DNA of 36,853 nt from a virus, in UHGV virus genome UHGV-0090257; one strand, 5' to 3'. Position 1 is the stretch's first letter. Every line of letters begins with the position of its first letter. Below the pieces are notes generated by a model. That model saw only the letters and a program-made list of their open reading frames with translations, did no database searches and had not been told where the DNA came from. Shown here one piece after another: positions 1 through 11,357 of this stretch. Made by a program: the position numbers and the translations under genes.

Positions 1-13
1 ATCTCATTTAGCA

Positions 14-38
14 TAAGGCCAAAAGTTTTTTGGCCTTA
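14..38 (-). terminator. Palindromic hairpin downstream of the tailspike gene (possible transcript end at the prophage edge)
   Basis: Perfect palindrome TAAGGCCAAAA-g-TTTTGGCCTTA about 50 nt past the tailspike stop; no clean U-tract outside the stem, so a weak call. Confidence 0.3.
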
Positions 39-85
39 TAAACAATAATAAAAAACTTACAAAATAAATCTACTTTTTAGTATTA

Positions 86-1747
86 TTACCATCCTATAAT
101 GACATCAACACTGCCAACATCAACAGGTGATGAGCTAGTGTTTTGGAATGTAACACGAATCATGTCGTCTGATATTGCCAATACATCAGTTATAACCCCT
201 ATTGGCAGATCTCCTAACACCGTCATATTGATTGGAAGTTCATTTTCTATTTTATATCCAGTAGCTACCCTCTGAATTGAAAATCTAGAGTTTGGATTAA
301 TTGAACCAACATTAATTGTTGATTTAATTTTTTTCCCAGAAAACACGATATCATTGAAATCAACATGAGAGTTATTTATTAGCGAATCGGCAATAGAACC
401 TGAAAAATTGCTATTTATACCTACCTGTCTTAAAACTGAGTGTTTTTCAACCCTTACCCCATAATCCACTTTAGCTAAAGAGGCGTCGATATTATTTATT
501 GCGACAACAGCACCATCGACGCAGTTTATCGCATATTTTGCGCTCCCTAGCATAACAATATTTCTTAATGATAAATATGAGGAAAATTGGCTGGTAGCAA
601 ATGCTGAACCTTCACTTCCAACCATATAACAATCAGATATCTCTACAGATGATGAATAACGAGCCGCTACGCAAGACTGAGTTTTCGGTTTTATAATTGA
701 CAATTCTTTTATATAGCAAGATGAAGCATGCTCAACCTTAATTGAGTCTTCATTTGAATTGTATGATGAAAATGAAAAACCTTTCACGCTAGCTGCGTAA
801 ATACATTCCAGCGAAATATTTGCGTTAGTAATATGAACTTCATTGATACAAAACTGAGATCCAGAGCCAGAAACAAGAACTCCACAAACAGAGCCTCCAT
901 TTACAATTAAATTGTTTGCATCCCAAACTACGCAACTACCACATTGTGAATCAGGGTAGTATCCACCTCCGATAATGAGTCCGTAATCACCATCTGTTTC
1001 AATAGCAACATTTTTTATGCTGTATATATTTGATCTAAATTGTATTCCTTTTGTTGTTTTTATTATGGAATTTATTGGTTTTGCCACAACCCCGTTAACC
1101 GGGCCTGAAATTATACCATTGTGACTCATATCCAATGTTAAAACATTTCCATCCTTGGAAATTATCATCGCTCCACATGAAATGTCTCTCCTGCCAGAAA
1201 GTATACAATATTTACCAACATGAAAATTATCTGCATTCTGAACAGAAACTTTAAATATACCAGTCAACACATCATAAGAAACATCATATACATTAACAGG
1301 ACTATAATCCACACCCAATATATTCAGAGGAATATTATCAAACTCATCATAATGTGAATAACCATCAGGAATGTGAATATACTGCCCGTATTCTATCTGT
1401 GATCTAAGCTGATCGGGATCGTACTTCAGCACATTAGGAAAATAGAACTGCTGAGCACCGTACGCATCATAAACAGCCATAGAATGGCCATGTACAGTAA
1501 CGAATTTGGCGATCTGTCCGTTATATACCGGGTAACCAGCAGCGTTAATGATGATTGGTTGCGATACAGGAACGTGAGAACAGTCTTCGTTTTCCACATA
1601 AACCTGAATCTGGTTTTCAGGATTTACAGGGTCAGTGTCAATTTTACCGATATAAATTTTGCCATTAGCTACGGCTTTAAAAGAACGAGCCATAGTGAAG
1701 AGTTGCGAAGGCATGCTTACCACAACATTGGCTGTAATGTCTGTCAT
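86..1747 (-). CDS. Tailspike protein: P22-type N-terminal head-binding domain fused to a divergent receptor-binding domain
   Basis: 553 aa ORF; the first ~110 aa ([11 protein letters not shown]...[25 protein letters not shown]...ENED...) match the P22 gp9 head-binding domain as remembered; the remainder is Gly/Ser/Asn/Val-rich with repeated short strands typical of a beta-helix; last gene of the virion module. Confidence 0.85.
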   Translation of the reverse strand: MTDITANVVVSMPSQLFTMARSFKAVANGKIYIGKIDTDPVNPENQIQVYVENEDCSHVPVSQPIIINAAGYPVYNGQIAKFVTVHGHSMAVYDAYGAQQFYFPNVLKYDPDQLRSQIEYGQYIHIPDGYSHYDEFDNIPLNILGVDYSPVNVYDVSYDVLTGIFKVSVQNADNFHVGKYCILSGRRDISCGAMIISKDGNVLTLDMSHNGIISGPVNGVVAKPINSIIKTTKGIQFRSNIYSIKNVAIETDGDYGLIIGGGYYPDSQCGSCVVWDANNLIVNGGSVCGVLVSGSGSQFCINEVHITNANISLECIYAASVKGFSFSSYNSNEDSIKVEHASSCYIKELSIIKPKTQSCVAARYSSSVEISDCYMVGSEGSAFATSQFSSYLSLRNIVMLGSAKYAINCVDGAVVAINNIDASLAKVDYGVRVEKHSVLRQVGINSNFSGSIADSLINNSHVDFNDIVFSGKKIKSTINVGSINPNSRFSIQRVATGYKIENELPINMTVLGDLPIGVITDVLAISDDMIRVTFQNTSSSPVDVGSVDVIIGW

Positions 1748-1911
1748 TTAATTTGCTCCAGACGTAGCAATGCCGAACAAGATGCAACTTGCCCTGCATT
1801 GCACTAATGTCAGTTATGATTTGTTAATTATGAGATGAGTCTATGCAAAGAGATCTGTTGAATATTGCGCTCTATATATTTGTTTTTTGCACGTTCCTGG
1901 TGTTTGCGAAG

Positions 1912-3909
1912 CTATTCTGACAACGCATCAGACTTAACACCCTGCGTCATAGCGTTAATAGCCTTTTGTGCCTGCTGCATGGCTTTCTCAAACGCTGTTG
2001 ATCCGTGTGTGGTATTTGCCATTCGTAGCATTGCATTTCTGAATGGCTCACTCTCATAGGCGCGAGTAAGAAGGCCGTAGCTTACTGCTGCGCCAGTTGT
2101 CGCCGGGTTCATTGCCGTACCATATCCGATAATGAACGGGATAGTTTGCTGCCCTGTTGGTGTTGTTACTGCCGCTTTTGCAGCCTGCTGCGTGGATTGC
2201 AGGTAGTTTTTCAATCCCCTCAGGTAAGCAGCATCCTGCCCCTTAAATGTGATACCCGTTTGGTTTTGCAGGATGTTAAGCTGTCGAAGGAACTGGTCAG
2301 GGGATCCACCTGATTTCTCTATCGCCTTTCCAATGATGCCATTGCGCATTTGCGCTCTTCCAACGCGACCAACTGAGTTATACAGCGTCTTAATTTCCGA
2401 TTTGTTCTTGCTGAATAGCATGTTATTCACAACTTCCGGCGTCAGGTCGCCTTTCATGAGAACATTCTTCAGCCTGGTATTCTTTAGTTTCGCCGCTTCG
2501 TCAGCGTAGACGGCATTGGCCTGCTGATATTTACGAAGAGTATCATTGCCAAGATTCTGACCAATGGCACCATTGATATCGTCGGTCATCGCCTTATAAA
2601 CGCGCTGAATGGCAGCATCGGAACGGTTTGGTAACACTGGTCGCTCACCCTTCACGTCCATTCTGAACTGACTGCGCAGGTCGCTTAATTGCTTCAAATC
2701 CAGATTTACCGGACCATCAGGGCCAGCATTGCGAACAAGCTCATCACGATATGACTGAAGTTTTGAAATTGTCTCGTTATCAGCCACCTTACCAAGCTTC
2801 TGCAGATTAGATATCTCAGTATCAATCTGCTGAATTGCTCGCGCAGGCTGTATATTGACTCCCGCCATTGCATTCTGAACCTGCTCAAGACGGTTCCCAG
2901 CAGCACGACGAATTCCTGATGTTTTCGCTTTAAGGCTGTCAATAACAACTGCCGGATCGTACTCGCCGAATTTATCAGCAAATCTCTGCACCAACTGGCT
3001 TCTCGCTTCCTGTTGCGTTGCTCTCATTCCGCTTGTGCCAGCCAGAGGGATATTTTCTGCTGTAGTCTGCGCCATTTTTCCGACGCGGGAAGTTGGTTGT
3101 AACAGGTCTGTGGTGTGCAGAGGAACTCCTTCACGCTCTGCAAATCTGATAGCCTGTTGCGCTTCTGGTGCTATCGAACCACGAACACCACGATAAGCAG
3201 CACCTAATCCACGTCCGGCAGCGTTAATAGCACCGCCAGCCAGCACACCAACGCCTAAATCGGTGGCGAGTGCTTCCGCATCATCTTTCGCACTGTTTGC
3301 AGCAAGTGATCCAACTGCGTTTTCTGCGAGAAGGCGAGTTGCCCCCTGAGCAATTCGACCAGCAAGTGTTGGTGCCTGTGTTGCCGCTCTCTCAACGCCA
3401 GCAGGAGTGAGGTAAGGCAATGCTTCAGCAAACACCCTGCCCTCTGTCGTTTGTGGAGTCAGCGCGCCTTGCTGAAGGCCAAAGTCCTGCTCTAATCCCT
3501 GCGTTGTTACTCGTGGCGCTGGTTGATATGTACCATCGCCAATGCCGAGTTTACCGCCAGCCCATGCAGCCGCACTTGTTACAGCATCGGCAACTGATGC
3601 AGGTATGTTTGCCACGTTCACGCCAGCCTGCACCAGTCCGCGACCAGTCTCTTTTACTGCTTCGCCAAGATCAGACATAAATCCACTTTGCTGTGGTTGT
3701 TGCTGTGCTACTGGTTGCTGTGTCTCCACTTGCTGCACAGATGGCAATGGATAGGCAGCATAGAAAGCTTGCTTAGCCTGCTCTGCATTTTCTCCGGCTT
3801 GCGGGGCCACGACTTCATTGAAGTATTGCTCCTGAGCCTGCGCTTTTTGTTCTGGTGCTAACGCCTGATACTGTGGAGAGGCGATAACATCTTTCCATGC
3901 TTTAGCCAT
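1912..3909 (-). CDS. Ejection (internal virion) protein, P22 gp16-like
   Basis: 665 aa ORF in the gp16 position directly after the gp20-like ORF; Ala/Gln-rich, typical of P22-like ejection proteins. Confidence 0.75.
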   Translation of the reverse strand: MAKAWKDVIASPQYQALAPEQKAQAQEQYFNEVVAPQAGENAEQAKQAFYAAYPLPSVQQVETQQPVAQQQPQQSGFMSDLGEAVKETGRGLVQAGVNVANIPASVADAVTSAAAWAGGKLGIGDGTYQPAPRVTTQGLEQDFGLQQGALTPQTTEGRVFAEALPYLTPAGVERAATQAPTLAGRIAQGATRLLAENAVGSLAANSAKDDAEALATDLGVGVLAGGAINAAGRGLGAAYRGVRGSIAPEAQQAIRFAEREGVPLHTTDLLQPTSRVGKMAQTTAENIPLAGTSGMRATQQEARSQLVQRFADKFGEYDPAVVIDSLKAKTSGIRRAAGNRLEQVQNAMAGVNIQPARAIQQIDTEISNLQKLGKVADNETISKLQSYRDELVRNAGPDGPVNLDLKQLSDLRSQFRMDVKGERPVLPNRSDAAIQRVYKAMTDDINGAIGQNLGNDTLRKYQQANAVYADEAAKLKNTRLKNVLMKGDLTPEVVNNMLFSKNKSEIKTLYNSVGRVGRAQMRNGIIGKAIEKSGGSPDQFLRQLNILQNQTGITFKGQDAAYLRGLKNYLQSTQQAAKAAVTTPTGQQTIPFIIGYGTAMNPATTGAAVSYGLLTRAYESEPFRNAMLRMANTTHGSTAFEKAMQQAQKAINAMTQGVKSDALSE

Positions 3910-5204
3910 TAATCACCCCATAGTGAAGAAAAGTTACTGCCAGTAGTAGATTGTCGCCCTGGCATATTCTGCACCGGCTCCTGATAATCAAACTGTTTTT
4001 TAACAGTGCTCAACTTGCTTTCAAGCTGATTTCTAATCTTTCCGATAGAGTCACGAAAAGCCTTTTCACTCATTTTGGGGCTTAGGGCACCAACCGCATC
4101 GGATAATTTTTTACCCTCAGCATCTGAAAGAGCACCCATACCCTTCAGGGACTGCACCATAGGAAGGAATGTTTGAGCTTTAAAGGTGTCGAGCCTTGCT
4201 TCAAAGTTAGCCGCATCAGAGCCAGGAACTGTCGGAAACGCTGAGCGAATTCCTACTGCTTTTGAAAGGCCGGGGCTTTGCTCTATCTCGTTGAGAGAAT
4301 CAAGCGCGGCGCTGAACGTATCAACTGCACCCTGAGCGGCGGCCTGCCTGTCAGCGCGGGCTATGTCAGCCTTTTGCCGAACATCTGCCTGTTTCTGTTT
4401 TAGCTCTTCAAGCTTTAACTGATTGCTTTCTCTGGCTATCTGTCTGTCAAGAGCCTTTTCTTGTAATTCTGCTCTTTGTATTTCGCGGGAAAGAGCAGCA
4501 TTCTGTGCGCTGATGTTCTGTCCACGTATCTGGATGTCCTGACCACGCGCTGTTAGTGCTTCTCCAGCCTGATTGCTGCGGATTGTCTCTGCCAGCCTGC
4601 CTCGGTCAATTTCACGACCAGCCATCTTGTCCTGAACATTGAAGTAATCAATCGGACCAAGAGCAGCCATTCCAAGGTGATCAACAAACTCACCAAATCC
4701 TGAAGGGTTCTGCTGATACATCTGAGCAACGTTATTAGGGTCAACACCGACGCGAGTCAGTTCCTTGGCGTTGTTTTGCAGCCATGATTGCATTGCTTCT
4801 GGAGACGAGGCCGCTAGGCGTGCGCCAGCCGCTAAGGTGCCGATAGAATTACGTTGGTCTTCATCAATGAATCCCATGCCTTTACGAACGGATTCAATCT
4901 GGTCTGGATATTGAGTAGCTAACTGACGCAAAGCACCGCGATCACCAGACGCATAAGCATTAGCGTACGCCTGCTGAAATTCTTTCTGCCGCTGAGCCTG
5001 CTTTTCCTGCTGAAACACCCCTGCAATACCTGAAAGGCCTTGCAAAGCAGTCAGCCCAACATTGTTAGCGCCTGAACGCTCAATATCATTGTTCTGCCTG
5101 ATAAGCTGAAGCGTATTGCCGATGTCATTTACGCTCGGAGCGTTTGAGTTGACGCCGCCGATACCAGCCAACAATCCGCCATTTGATCCTTGCCAAGTAG
5201 CCAT
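3909..5204 (-). CDS. Ejection protein, P22 gp20-like
   Basis: 431 aa ORF; synteny gp7-gp20-gp16; start overlaps the upstream stop. Confidence 0.75.
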   Translation of the reverse strand: MATWQGSNGGLLAGIGGVNSNAPSVNDIGNTLQLIRQNNDIERSGANNVGLTALQGLSGIAGVFQQEKQAQRQKEFQQAYANAYASGDRGALRQLATQYPDQIESVRKGMGFIDEDQRNSIGTLAAGARLAASSPEAMQSWLQNNAKELTRVGVDPNNVAQMYQQNPSGFGEFVDHLGMAALGPIDYFNVQDKMAGREIDRGRLAETIRSNQAGEALTARGQDIQIRGQNISAQNAALSREIQRAELQEKALDRQIARESNQLKLEELKQKQADVRQKADIARADRQAAAQGAVDTFSAALDSLNEIEQSPGLSKAVGIRSAFPTVPGSDAANFEARLDTFKAQTFLPMVQSLKGMGALSDAEGKKLSDAVGALSPKMSEKAFRDSIGKIRNQLESKLSTVKKQFDYQEPVQNMPGRQSTTGSNFSSLWGD

Positions 5205-5213
5205 GATTACCCC

Positions 5214-5906
5214 TTAAAACAACGAGCCAAGCAATCCGATACCAGCACCAATTCCAGCGCCCCAAGGTGTTGATGTTCCCAAAAGGCTGGCAAGACCTGC
5301 ACCGGCAATCGCACCAGACGTGCCACCGCTAATTGCAGTCTGAAGACTTGATGGTTTATTGGCATTAGCAGCGGCAAGAGCTGCGCTTTGCTGTGCAATG
5401 CTGCTCATGTTGTTGGCGTACGTCTGCCCGGCGTTTGCCTGACCTTGCAGCGCACCAAGCCCAACGTTTGCCAGATTGTTGTAATTGCTCATCTGATTTG
5501 ATAACCAAGACTGACCGAGTGTCGGCGCGATCGTAGCCAGTTGATTGCTTGTGGCTGTCGAACCAAGTCCACCCGTCGCCTCCGCAGCAGCAAGACTCTG
5601 GTAACGAGCCTGACCTGCAAGGTCTTTATACTGCTGAGAGTTGTAATACTGATTAAGTGCCTGCCCCTGACCTTCTAAACTGGAAAGGTTCTGAAGCTGG
5701 TTAACATACTGCTCCGCAAGAGGCGTGAACGGAGCAAGGTTTTTCATGATCGTCTGCCACTGCTGATTTTGCAGGTCTGCTGCATACTTCTGAGCTTCTG
5801 CGGCATACTTTGCGCTTTTATCAGAACTGCCACCTTTCCCGCCTTTTTCAGGGCAATAAGGTTCCTCGCCGCGCAGTTTTCTGCCCAGCTTAAATGCATA
5901 TAACAT
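5214..5906 (-). CDS. Ejection protein, P22 gp7-like
   Basis: 230 aa (P22 gp7 is about 229 aa); Gly/Ala-rich C-terminus; synteny. Confidence 0.75.
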   Translation of the reverse strand: MLYAFKLGRKLRGEEPYCPEKGGKGGSSDKSAKYAAEAQKYAADLQNQQWQTIMKNLAPFTPLAEQYVNQLQNLSSLEGQGQALNQYYNSQQYKDLAGQARYQSLAAAEATGGLGSTATSNQLATIAPTLGQSWLSNQMSNYNNLANVGLGALQGQANAGQTYANNMSSIAQQSAALAAANANKPSSLQTAISGGTSGAIAGAGLASLLGTSTPWGAGIGAGIGLLGSLF

Positions 5907-5908
5907 GG

Positions 5909-6364
5909 CTATCTCCCGTGATTCAGGAAGTCGATTAGTTCTTCGCGTGTGGCGCTGTAAAACGTCACGTCATCCACGCCTTTGAAGTATTTCTTGATGG
6001 TTCCTACACGCTTAAGGCCAATCATTGCGCAGTACATCTGACCGTGGCGGAATTTGCGCGCGGCGAACGATGTGACGCACTGAACGGTGGTGTTAGTCAG
6101 AATGTATCGCCAGAACGCCAGCCCGATTTCCTTGCTGAATCCACGAACCTCTGGCAGGTACATGGCGTGGCAATCGAATGTCAGCGGCTGAATCTCCTGA
6201 TAGTAAACAATGCCGCCGAACTGCCCGTGCACGTTCACCTCAAAGTAACGGCATTCAGGTTTGTAGTCGTATCCATCACCGTTGTTGCTACCAGCGATAA
6301 TGTCAGGGTGATTTCCGACTGCTTCGATCAGGTCGATGTTTCGCGTTGGTTTGAATGTAATCAT
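5909..6364 (-). CDS. P22 gp14-like virion assembly protein
   Basis: 151 aa ORF between the tail needle and gp7-like genes, tightly packed (2 nt gap). Confidence 0.65.
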   Translation of the reverse strand: MITFKPTRNIDLIEAVGNHPDIIAGSNNGDGYDYKPECRYFEVNVHGQFGGIVYYQEIQPLTFDCHAMYLPEVRGFSKEIGLAFWRYILTNTTVQCVTSFAARKFRHGQMYCAMIGLKRVGTIKKYFKGVDDVTFYSATREELIDFLNHGR

Positions 6365-7065
6365 CAGTCAATCAGCCCATGTAATCTAAGTGCCGTTTCA
6401 AGCGCCAGAATACGCTGCCGCGCCTGCTGCAAACCTGTAGCGAGAGCCGCGACTTCGGATTGTGTGTACGTAGTGCCGACCGTGTATGACTGGTTAGCGT
6501 TGAATGAGCCAAGAAGTGGCGTACCTGTGGCTGCAGTCCATCCGGTCTGCCTTGCTCCAACGACCTGAATTCCATCAACTGAATATGATGTTTTTACATC
6601 CAGCGGTGACGCAAGAGACTGCGATTCGGTTACAGTTTTCGATACGTAATCACTCTTAATGTCAGATACATCGCTTTCTACGCCATCCAGTCTTTGGTCA
6701 ACAGTGACCAGATGCGCCTGAATATCGATAACCTCATCCAGCAAGTAATCAACATCGCTACGCAGTACGACTATCTTCCCTTCGGCAGTTGTTAACCTGA
6801 CCTCAAGTAGATTTATCGCTTTTGTGTTTGCGGTGATTCTTGCATCGTGATCAGCCAGTTCGACGTCCTGTTCATCGTTTTTCACCTGAGCATCGTAAGC
6901 GCCCTGACCAGCCTGATTTGCTTTCCCGGCAATTGCGCCGACATCAGCTCCCTGATTTATGACATACAGCAGGTAAGACTGGCTGAATATATTGCGTGGA
7001 AGGATTGATGTATCGAGTCGTGTAGCCTGAATGATTACCGGCTCATTGAGATTCGAATCAGCCAT
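6364..7065 (-). CDS. Tail needle (cell-envelope penetrating) protein, P22 gp26-like
   Basis: 233 aa, the same length as P22 gp26; [18 protein letters not shown] start and C-terminal ...[21 protein letters not shown] resemble gp26 as remembered; coiled-coil heptads. Confidence 0.85.
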   Translation of the reverse strand: MADSNLNEPVIIQATRLDTSILPRNIFSQSYLLYVINQGADVGAIAGKANQAGQGAYDAQVKNDEQDVELADHDARITANTKAINLLEVRLTTAEGKIVVLRSDVDYLLDEVIDIQAHLVTVDQRLDGVESDVSDIKSDYVSKTVTESQSLASPLDVKTSYSVDGIQVVGARQTGWTAATGTPLLGSFNANQSYTVGTTYTQSEVAALATGLQQARQRILALETALRLHGLID

Positions 7066-8483
7066 TACTCGATCCTTATCTGGCAGCCTGACAGAGTGAC
7101 AGGTGACTTAGTGATAACACGCAATTTGAAGCCGACATTTTTCCTGATGCGCCCAACTCGCTTCCACAAAACGCGTTTGTCGTAAACGAACGGTTCATTC
7201 TGCTCAATCATCTGCTCACGTCCGTAATTGATGCCGTCAGTGGTTGCAGAGAGAAAAAGGCGGTCGGCGTACTGCGCAACGCCAGTTGACGATTCAACTT
7301 CAAGGTCGAAAACTCTGGCGTTATCCGCTTTGAACAACGGAGTAAACAGCAGGTGTTCCTGTTGCTTGTCGTACTGGCTGCTGATGTCGAATTGCAGTTT
7401 CCCGGTAACAGATTCCAGCTTATCGCCGCACGTTATCTGATTGCCTTCGTAAATGAAGTCGATAGCGCGGTACACATCGTCATACAAGCCAGTTTTCAAC
7501 ACACACCATTGCGGACCATTGGCGCTTGAAGATGCGTCGTACACCAGAACATGGCGCGGAAGATGGATAATCAGAAGCTCATGCGCATCAAATCGCAGAG
7601 ATTCCATCACGCCATCAGCCAGTTCATCAGCAGTGTAGGAGCGGAGGATTTTCTCAATGCTCGCGCTGGCGATTGGTGATACCTGACCTGATCCGATGAT
7701 GTATACAGACGGCGCACCCGTTGCCGGATTGCTGATAAACGCATACGAATCAGCAAACGGCGTTTTGCAGTAAGTTCCGGCAATGCCTTTCTGCACCATC
7801 AGTGATGGCTGTGCGACATACAAAGCAGCACCAACTGTGGTTGCGCCAGTCAGGGAAAAATATTCAATCGTAGATGAACCAAAGCAGACGATGAAGTCTC
7901 GCCATGTTCCGATTCCGATGATGCCGTCCGGCTGCGATTCTGCGCGATATTGTGCGCTGTAACGGTCAGGATGCGATTCGTCTTCAAGGTCAGTGATAAA
8001 CCATGAATCAGTTCCGTCTTTTGACCACGCATAACGCCCACGTAAGCGCGTAATGTCACGGACCGAACCTAATTCATACTGCGTGAATCCGCTGTCTGTA
8101 GGCCAGTTTGAGACGGTTTTAACCGTGCCATCATAACGATACTCGACCAGTTGACCATTAACGCCTACTGCCTGTGATGTCCTACCATGCGCCATTGATA
8201 CGCGACCACTTCCGGCAACATCACCGACCTCACTTTCGCCCTTATACAGTTTGCCACCACAAACGCGATAAACAGCATTCTGCGCCATGTTGTACTCAAC
8301 TCCGCGCGATACGCCGTTCACATCAGAACGTTTGGCAATGCCCGGGAATGAGCGAAGATATCCGCTGCTGTTCAGGATTTCTTTGGGTGTAGCCAACATA
8401 TTCACTGGCAGATAGTCGATATAGTCGGCGTTTCTAAAGTCTTTGCCGACACCTTTCATAAGCGGAAGTTGCTGAATAGGCAT
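7065..8483 (-). CDS. Tail hub protein, P22 gp10-like
   Basis: 472 aa, the same length as P22 gp10; synteny gp4-gp10-gp26. Confidence 0.85.
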   Translation of the reverse strand: MPIQQLPLMKGVGKDFRNADYIDYLPVNMLATPKEILNSSGYLRSFPGIAKRSDVNGVSRGVEYNMAQNAVYRVCGGKLYKGESEVGDVAGSGRVSMAHGRTSQAVGVNGQLVEYRYDGTVKTVSNWPTDSGFTQYELGSVRDITRLRGRYAWSKDGTDSWFITDLEDESHPDRYSAQYRAESQPDGIIGIGTWRDFIVCFGSSTIEYFSLTGATTVGAALYVAQPSLMVQKGIAGTYCKTPFADSYAFISNPATGAPSVYIIGSGQVSPIASASIEKILRSYTADELADGVMESLRFDAHELLIIHLPRHVLVYDASSSANGPQWCVLKTGLYDDVYRAIDFIYEGNQITCGDKLESVTGKLQFDISSQYDKQQEHLLFTPLFKADNARVFDLEVESSTGVAQYADRLFLSATTDGINYGREQMIEQNEPFVYDKRVLWKRVGRIRKNVGFKLRVITKSPVTLSGCQIRIE

Positions 8484-8491
8484 TTATTCAC

Positions 8492-8974
8492 CTATGCGTT
8501 TGGGATATCGCCATCAATCAGAGGGAGACCGCCTGGATAATATCGGTCAGATGTGAACACGTCATATTTATTACCCTGCCCTACAGGAAAATCTCCACGT
8601 CGTCGCATTGAAGGAACAACCAGAGTGTCGGTCATCAAGGCATCATATGAGCGTTGGGCGTTACTGAGAACTTGCGGAGTTGGCTCAAGGCTGTAATCAG
8701 ATAGCATTCTCAGCAATAACTGATAGCCTACTGCGTGTTTGTATTTTCTTGGAAGACCTGACTCATCATCTGGTAATGGCTGCTCATCTCCAGTTGCGAA
8801 AGCGTAACCAATGTCGCCGGGGTTAATCATCCACTCGGACATCATATCTTCCAGATCATTTACACCATCTTCAATTGATTGCGGCTCAACATCAGTCAGC
8901 GATGCATTAGAAGCAATAGCAAACTTACGAAGCGCAAAAAGGACGATCTCACCCTTTGTCAGTACTGTTGCCAT
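8492..8974 (-). CDS. Head-to-tail adaptor (tail accessory) protein, P22 gp4-like
   Basis: 160 aa; the motif LTDVEPQS..D.V.DLE.MM.EW resembles P22 gp4 as remembered. Confidence 0.8.
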   Translation of the reverse strand: MATVLTKGEIVLFALRKFAIASNASLTDVEPQSIEDGVNDLEDMMSEWMINPGDIGYAFATGDEQPLPDDESGLPRKYKHAVGYQLLLRMLSDYSLEPTPQVLSNAQRSYDALMTDTLVVPSMRRRGDFPVGQGNKYDVFTSDRYYPGGLPLIDGDIPNA

Positions 8975-9134
8975 TGTCTGCCGCCTTACGACCTCGCTTA
9001 CTGGTCGGTTTCAATTCATCAACTGAGGCAACAAAGCCCAACCTTTCGAAAAACTGGAAGTCTTTTTCTGCGATAACGGCCTGTACATGCCCGGATTCGT
9101 TATCTGCGGCAAGGAATACACTCATGCGATCCAT
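8949..9134 (-). CDS. Small hypothetical protein between coat and gp4-like genes
   Basis: 61 aa ORF starting just after the coat terminator and overlapping the gp4-like start; no recognisable family. Confidence 0.35.
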   Translation of the reverse strand: MDRMSVFLAADNESGHVQAVIAEKDFQFFERLGFVASVDELKPTSKRGRKAADNGNSTDKG

Positions 9135-9148
9135 ATTGTTTCCTTAAA

Positions 9149-9172
9149 ACATAAAAGGGGCGTAAGCCCCTT
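9149..9172 (-). terminator. Intrinsic terminator immediately after the coat gene
   Basis: Minus-strand sense GGGGC-ttac-GCCCC followed by TTTTAT, 5 nt past the coat stop codon. Confidence 0.6.
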
Positions 9173-9176
9173 GTTA

Positions 9177-10448
9177 TTACGGATTACCGAAGAACTGACC
9201 GCCCATGTGAGGGTTAAAGCACACATATGCAGGCAGTAAGTCAAAGCGCATTTTTTGCACGTTGGCATCGCCATCTGCGTATTTATGTACGCGGATGGAG
9301 AAACCTTCATATGTTGCAACAGCAGAATCAATACTGTGCAGTTTCGGCAGTGGGATAGAGCCAAGTCCACAGAAGAACTTGTTATAGAACAGGTTTGGCT
9401 TCATTGTCTGGCTAGCAGTGCCTACTACAGATACGGCATCGCCTGCCTCTACCTGACGACTTACAGAGTTGTACTGCGGGTTTGTAGTGTCATAAATCGG
9501 AACACCAGAAAGCGTAACCGTCACATCGCCACTGCTGTCTGAATTAGCATCAGCAGTAACCGTTGCAGTGAAGCTAATTGGTGTGGCTCCGTTATACAAC
9601 GCCTGTTTGGTCTGCTGTTGCAGCCAGTAGGTATTGGTGAATTTGACCTGATCACCAGCTTTCAGAAAACCTGTAACGCTGGCTGTCGCTCCGGTCAATG
9701 TTACAGTGAACTGGTATGAGTCTTTAACTGCGTTATAGGTAACAGTTGGCTGTGTTTTGACTGTCAGTGTTCCGCCAAATGCCCCCTGCGTACGAGAGGC
9801 AAGCCCATTAGACATCAGTGCGCGAATGCCGCCAAAATTGGTTGGGATCTGTGCGTTCTCCCATGCAGTACGAACCAATTGATCTGAAGCATGCAAACCA
9901 GTCTGCGCATCAGCAAGTCGCTGTGCAGACCATGGATCCATTACAGCATAGTTTTCACCTTCATTAACGCCGAGGTCTTTCAGGAAAGATGCCGTCTGCG
10001 CAACATCAGACCATTTGGTGATTGGAGTATTGGGGCTACCAAGTGACAACGCACCGTTATTCATCATGAAGTGAGCAAGCTCTGTTTCAAGGTCGGTAAC
10101 GATTCGCTGGCGAACCGGCGCGAGAATTTCTTCCAGCTGGTTAAGCTTGATCGCTTCCTCCAGTTGCTGATATTCAACAGCAACAGTGATGTAGTTACCT
10201 ACACGCCCCGTAGCTTTACCTGAGATCAGGTTGTTTTTATTTTGCCCTGAAATATCACCAGTGGGAGTACGGAGGGATGAGAATTGATGCGGACGTTTAA
10301 AGCTAACGCTATCGCCAGTGCTGGAGTTGATTTCACCTGCCAGCAACTGACGGTCTACGGTTTTCGCCAGAACTAAATCTGACATAAAACCCGGAAGGAA
10401 TTTTTTCAGAACGATTTGACTGACGTTACTGTCGAGATTGTTAGGCAT
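9177..10448 (-). CDS. Major capsid (coat) protein, P22/Sf6 gp5-like
   Basis: 423 aa (the Sf6 coat is 423 aa as remembered); lies between scaffold and gp4 with a strong terminator after it. Confidence 0.85.
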   Translation of the reverse strand: MPNNLDSNVSQIVLKKFLPGFMSDLVLAKTVDRQLLAGEINSSTGDSVSFKRPHQFSSLRTPTGDISGQNKNNLISGKATGRVGNYITVAVEYQQLEEAIKLNQLEEILAPVRQRIVTDLETELAHFMMNNGALSLGSPNTPITKWSDVAQTASFLKDLGVNEGENYAVMDPWSAQRLADAQTGLHASDQLVRTAWENAQIPTNFGGIRALMSNGLASRTQGAFGGTLTVKTQPTVTYNAVKDSYQFTVTLTGATASVTGFLKAGDQVKFTNTYWLQQQTKQALYNGATPISFTATVTADANSDSSGDVTVTLSGVPIYDTTNPQYNSVSRQVEAGDAVSVVGTASQTMKPNLFYNKFFCGLGSIPLPKLHSIDSAVATYEGFSIRVHKYADGDANVQKMRFDLLPAYVCFNPHMGGQFFGNP

Positions 10449-10459
10449 TTATCTTTTCC

Positions 10460-11344
10460 TTATTCGATTTTTGCGCCGGGGCATAATTTGTTGAATTCGT
10501 CTTGTTTCGCATCAGCACCGCCACCACGTACTTCCGGCTCTGGCTTGATGGCTTTCTTTGGTTTTGGAGCAAGGCTTACCTGTTTGCTAATCTGCCCCAA
10601 GAGGAATGCTGCGCGAATTGGATCTGTCTCAGCGGCTACACGCTGGCGTAATTGCTGGCTCTTACCTAAGCCATAGGCGAGTAGTTCAGAGCCTTCGTCT
10701 GCACAGTGAATGATGATTTCCTGCTGAATTGGTGGTAGCTCACTAAGAACAATGGCTTCCATTTCCTGATAATCTTTCACAGGAAGTTTGGCTGCCCGTT
10801 GTTTATGCGCTTCTACCCTTTGCTGGAAACGCTGCTGGTATTCCTGTTGCTGACGTAGTTTTTGTTGCTGCTGCTGTTCGACACGGCCTTTTTTCTCATG
10901 CCAATCAGTCAATGCCTGTTCAAACGCCTGTTCGTCATAATCACACGACTCAAGAGTCGGTTTTGGTGGAATAGCGTCTGGTTGTGGTTGCTGATGTTCC
11001 GCTGGCTTGGCTAATGCTTCCTCAAGCTGGCGGCGCAACTCACGGTTTTCTTTCTGTGTTTCTTTGAAGCCTTTGCGAAGATCTTTCACCCATTGCGGTG
11101 CAGGTTGCCCGTCAATGTGATCATCATCGTCAGCGTTAAGCTGAATTTCTTCATCACCAATACGCAAGGCGTAATCTTCTGGTGTCTCTTCGGTTTTTTC
11201 AGGCTCAGTTGCCACCTCTTTACCGTTGTCATCCTGGCTTTCATTCTCAGGCTGTGACTCTGTTTGGATGATGGTTTCTTCTGCATTTTCCTGTGTTTCA
11301 GACAGGCCAATAACCTGACCGTCGATGATCAGTTCGTTTTCCAT
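10460..11344 (-). CDS. Scaffolding protein
   Basis: 294 aa, highly charged and Gln/Glu-rich with a coiled-coil character; positioned between portal and coat. Confidence 0.8.
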   Translation of the reverse strand: MENELIIDGQVIGLSETQENAEETIIQTESQPENESQDDNGKEVATEPEKTEETPEDYALRIGDEEIQLNADDDDHIDGQPAPQWVKDLRKGFKETQKENRELRRQLEEALAKPAEHQQPQPDAIPPKPTLESCDYDEQAFEQALTDWHEKKGRVEQQQQQKLRQQQEYQQRFQQRVEAHKQRAAKLPVKDYQEMEAIVLSELPPIQQEIIIHCADEGSELLAYGLGKSQQLRQRVAAETDPIRAAFLLGQISKQVSLAPKPKKAIKPEPEVRGGGADAKQDEFNKLCPGAKIE

Positions 11345-11357
11345 TGATTACTCCTAG

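Noticed and set aside
6044-6568. 174-aa plus-strand ORF
   Set aside because: Lies entirely within and antisense to the gp14-like and tail-needle genes; no ribosome-binding site; shadow ORF.
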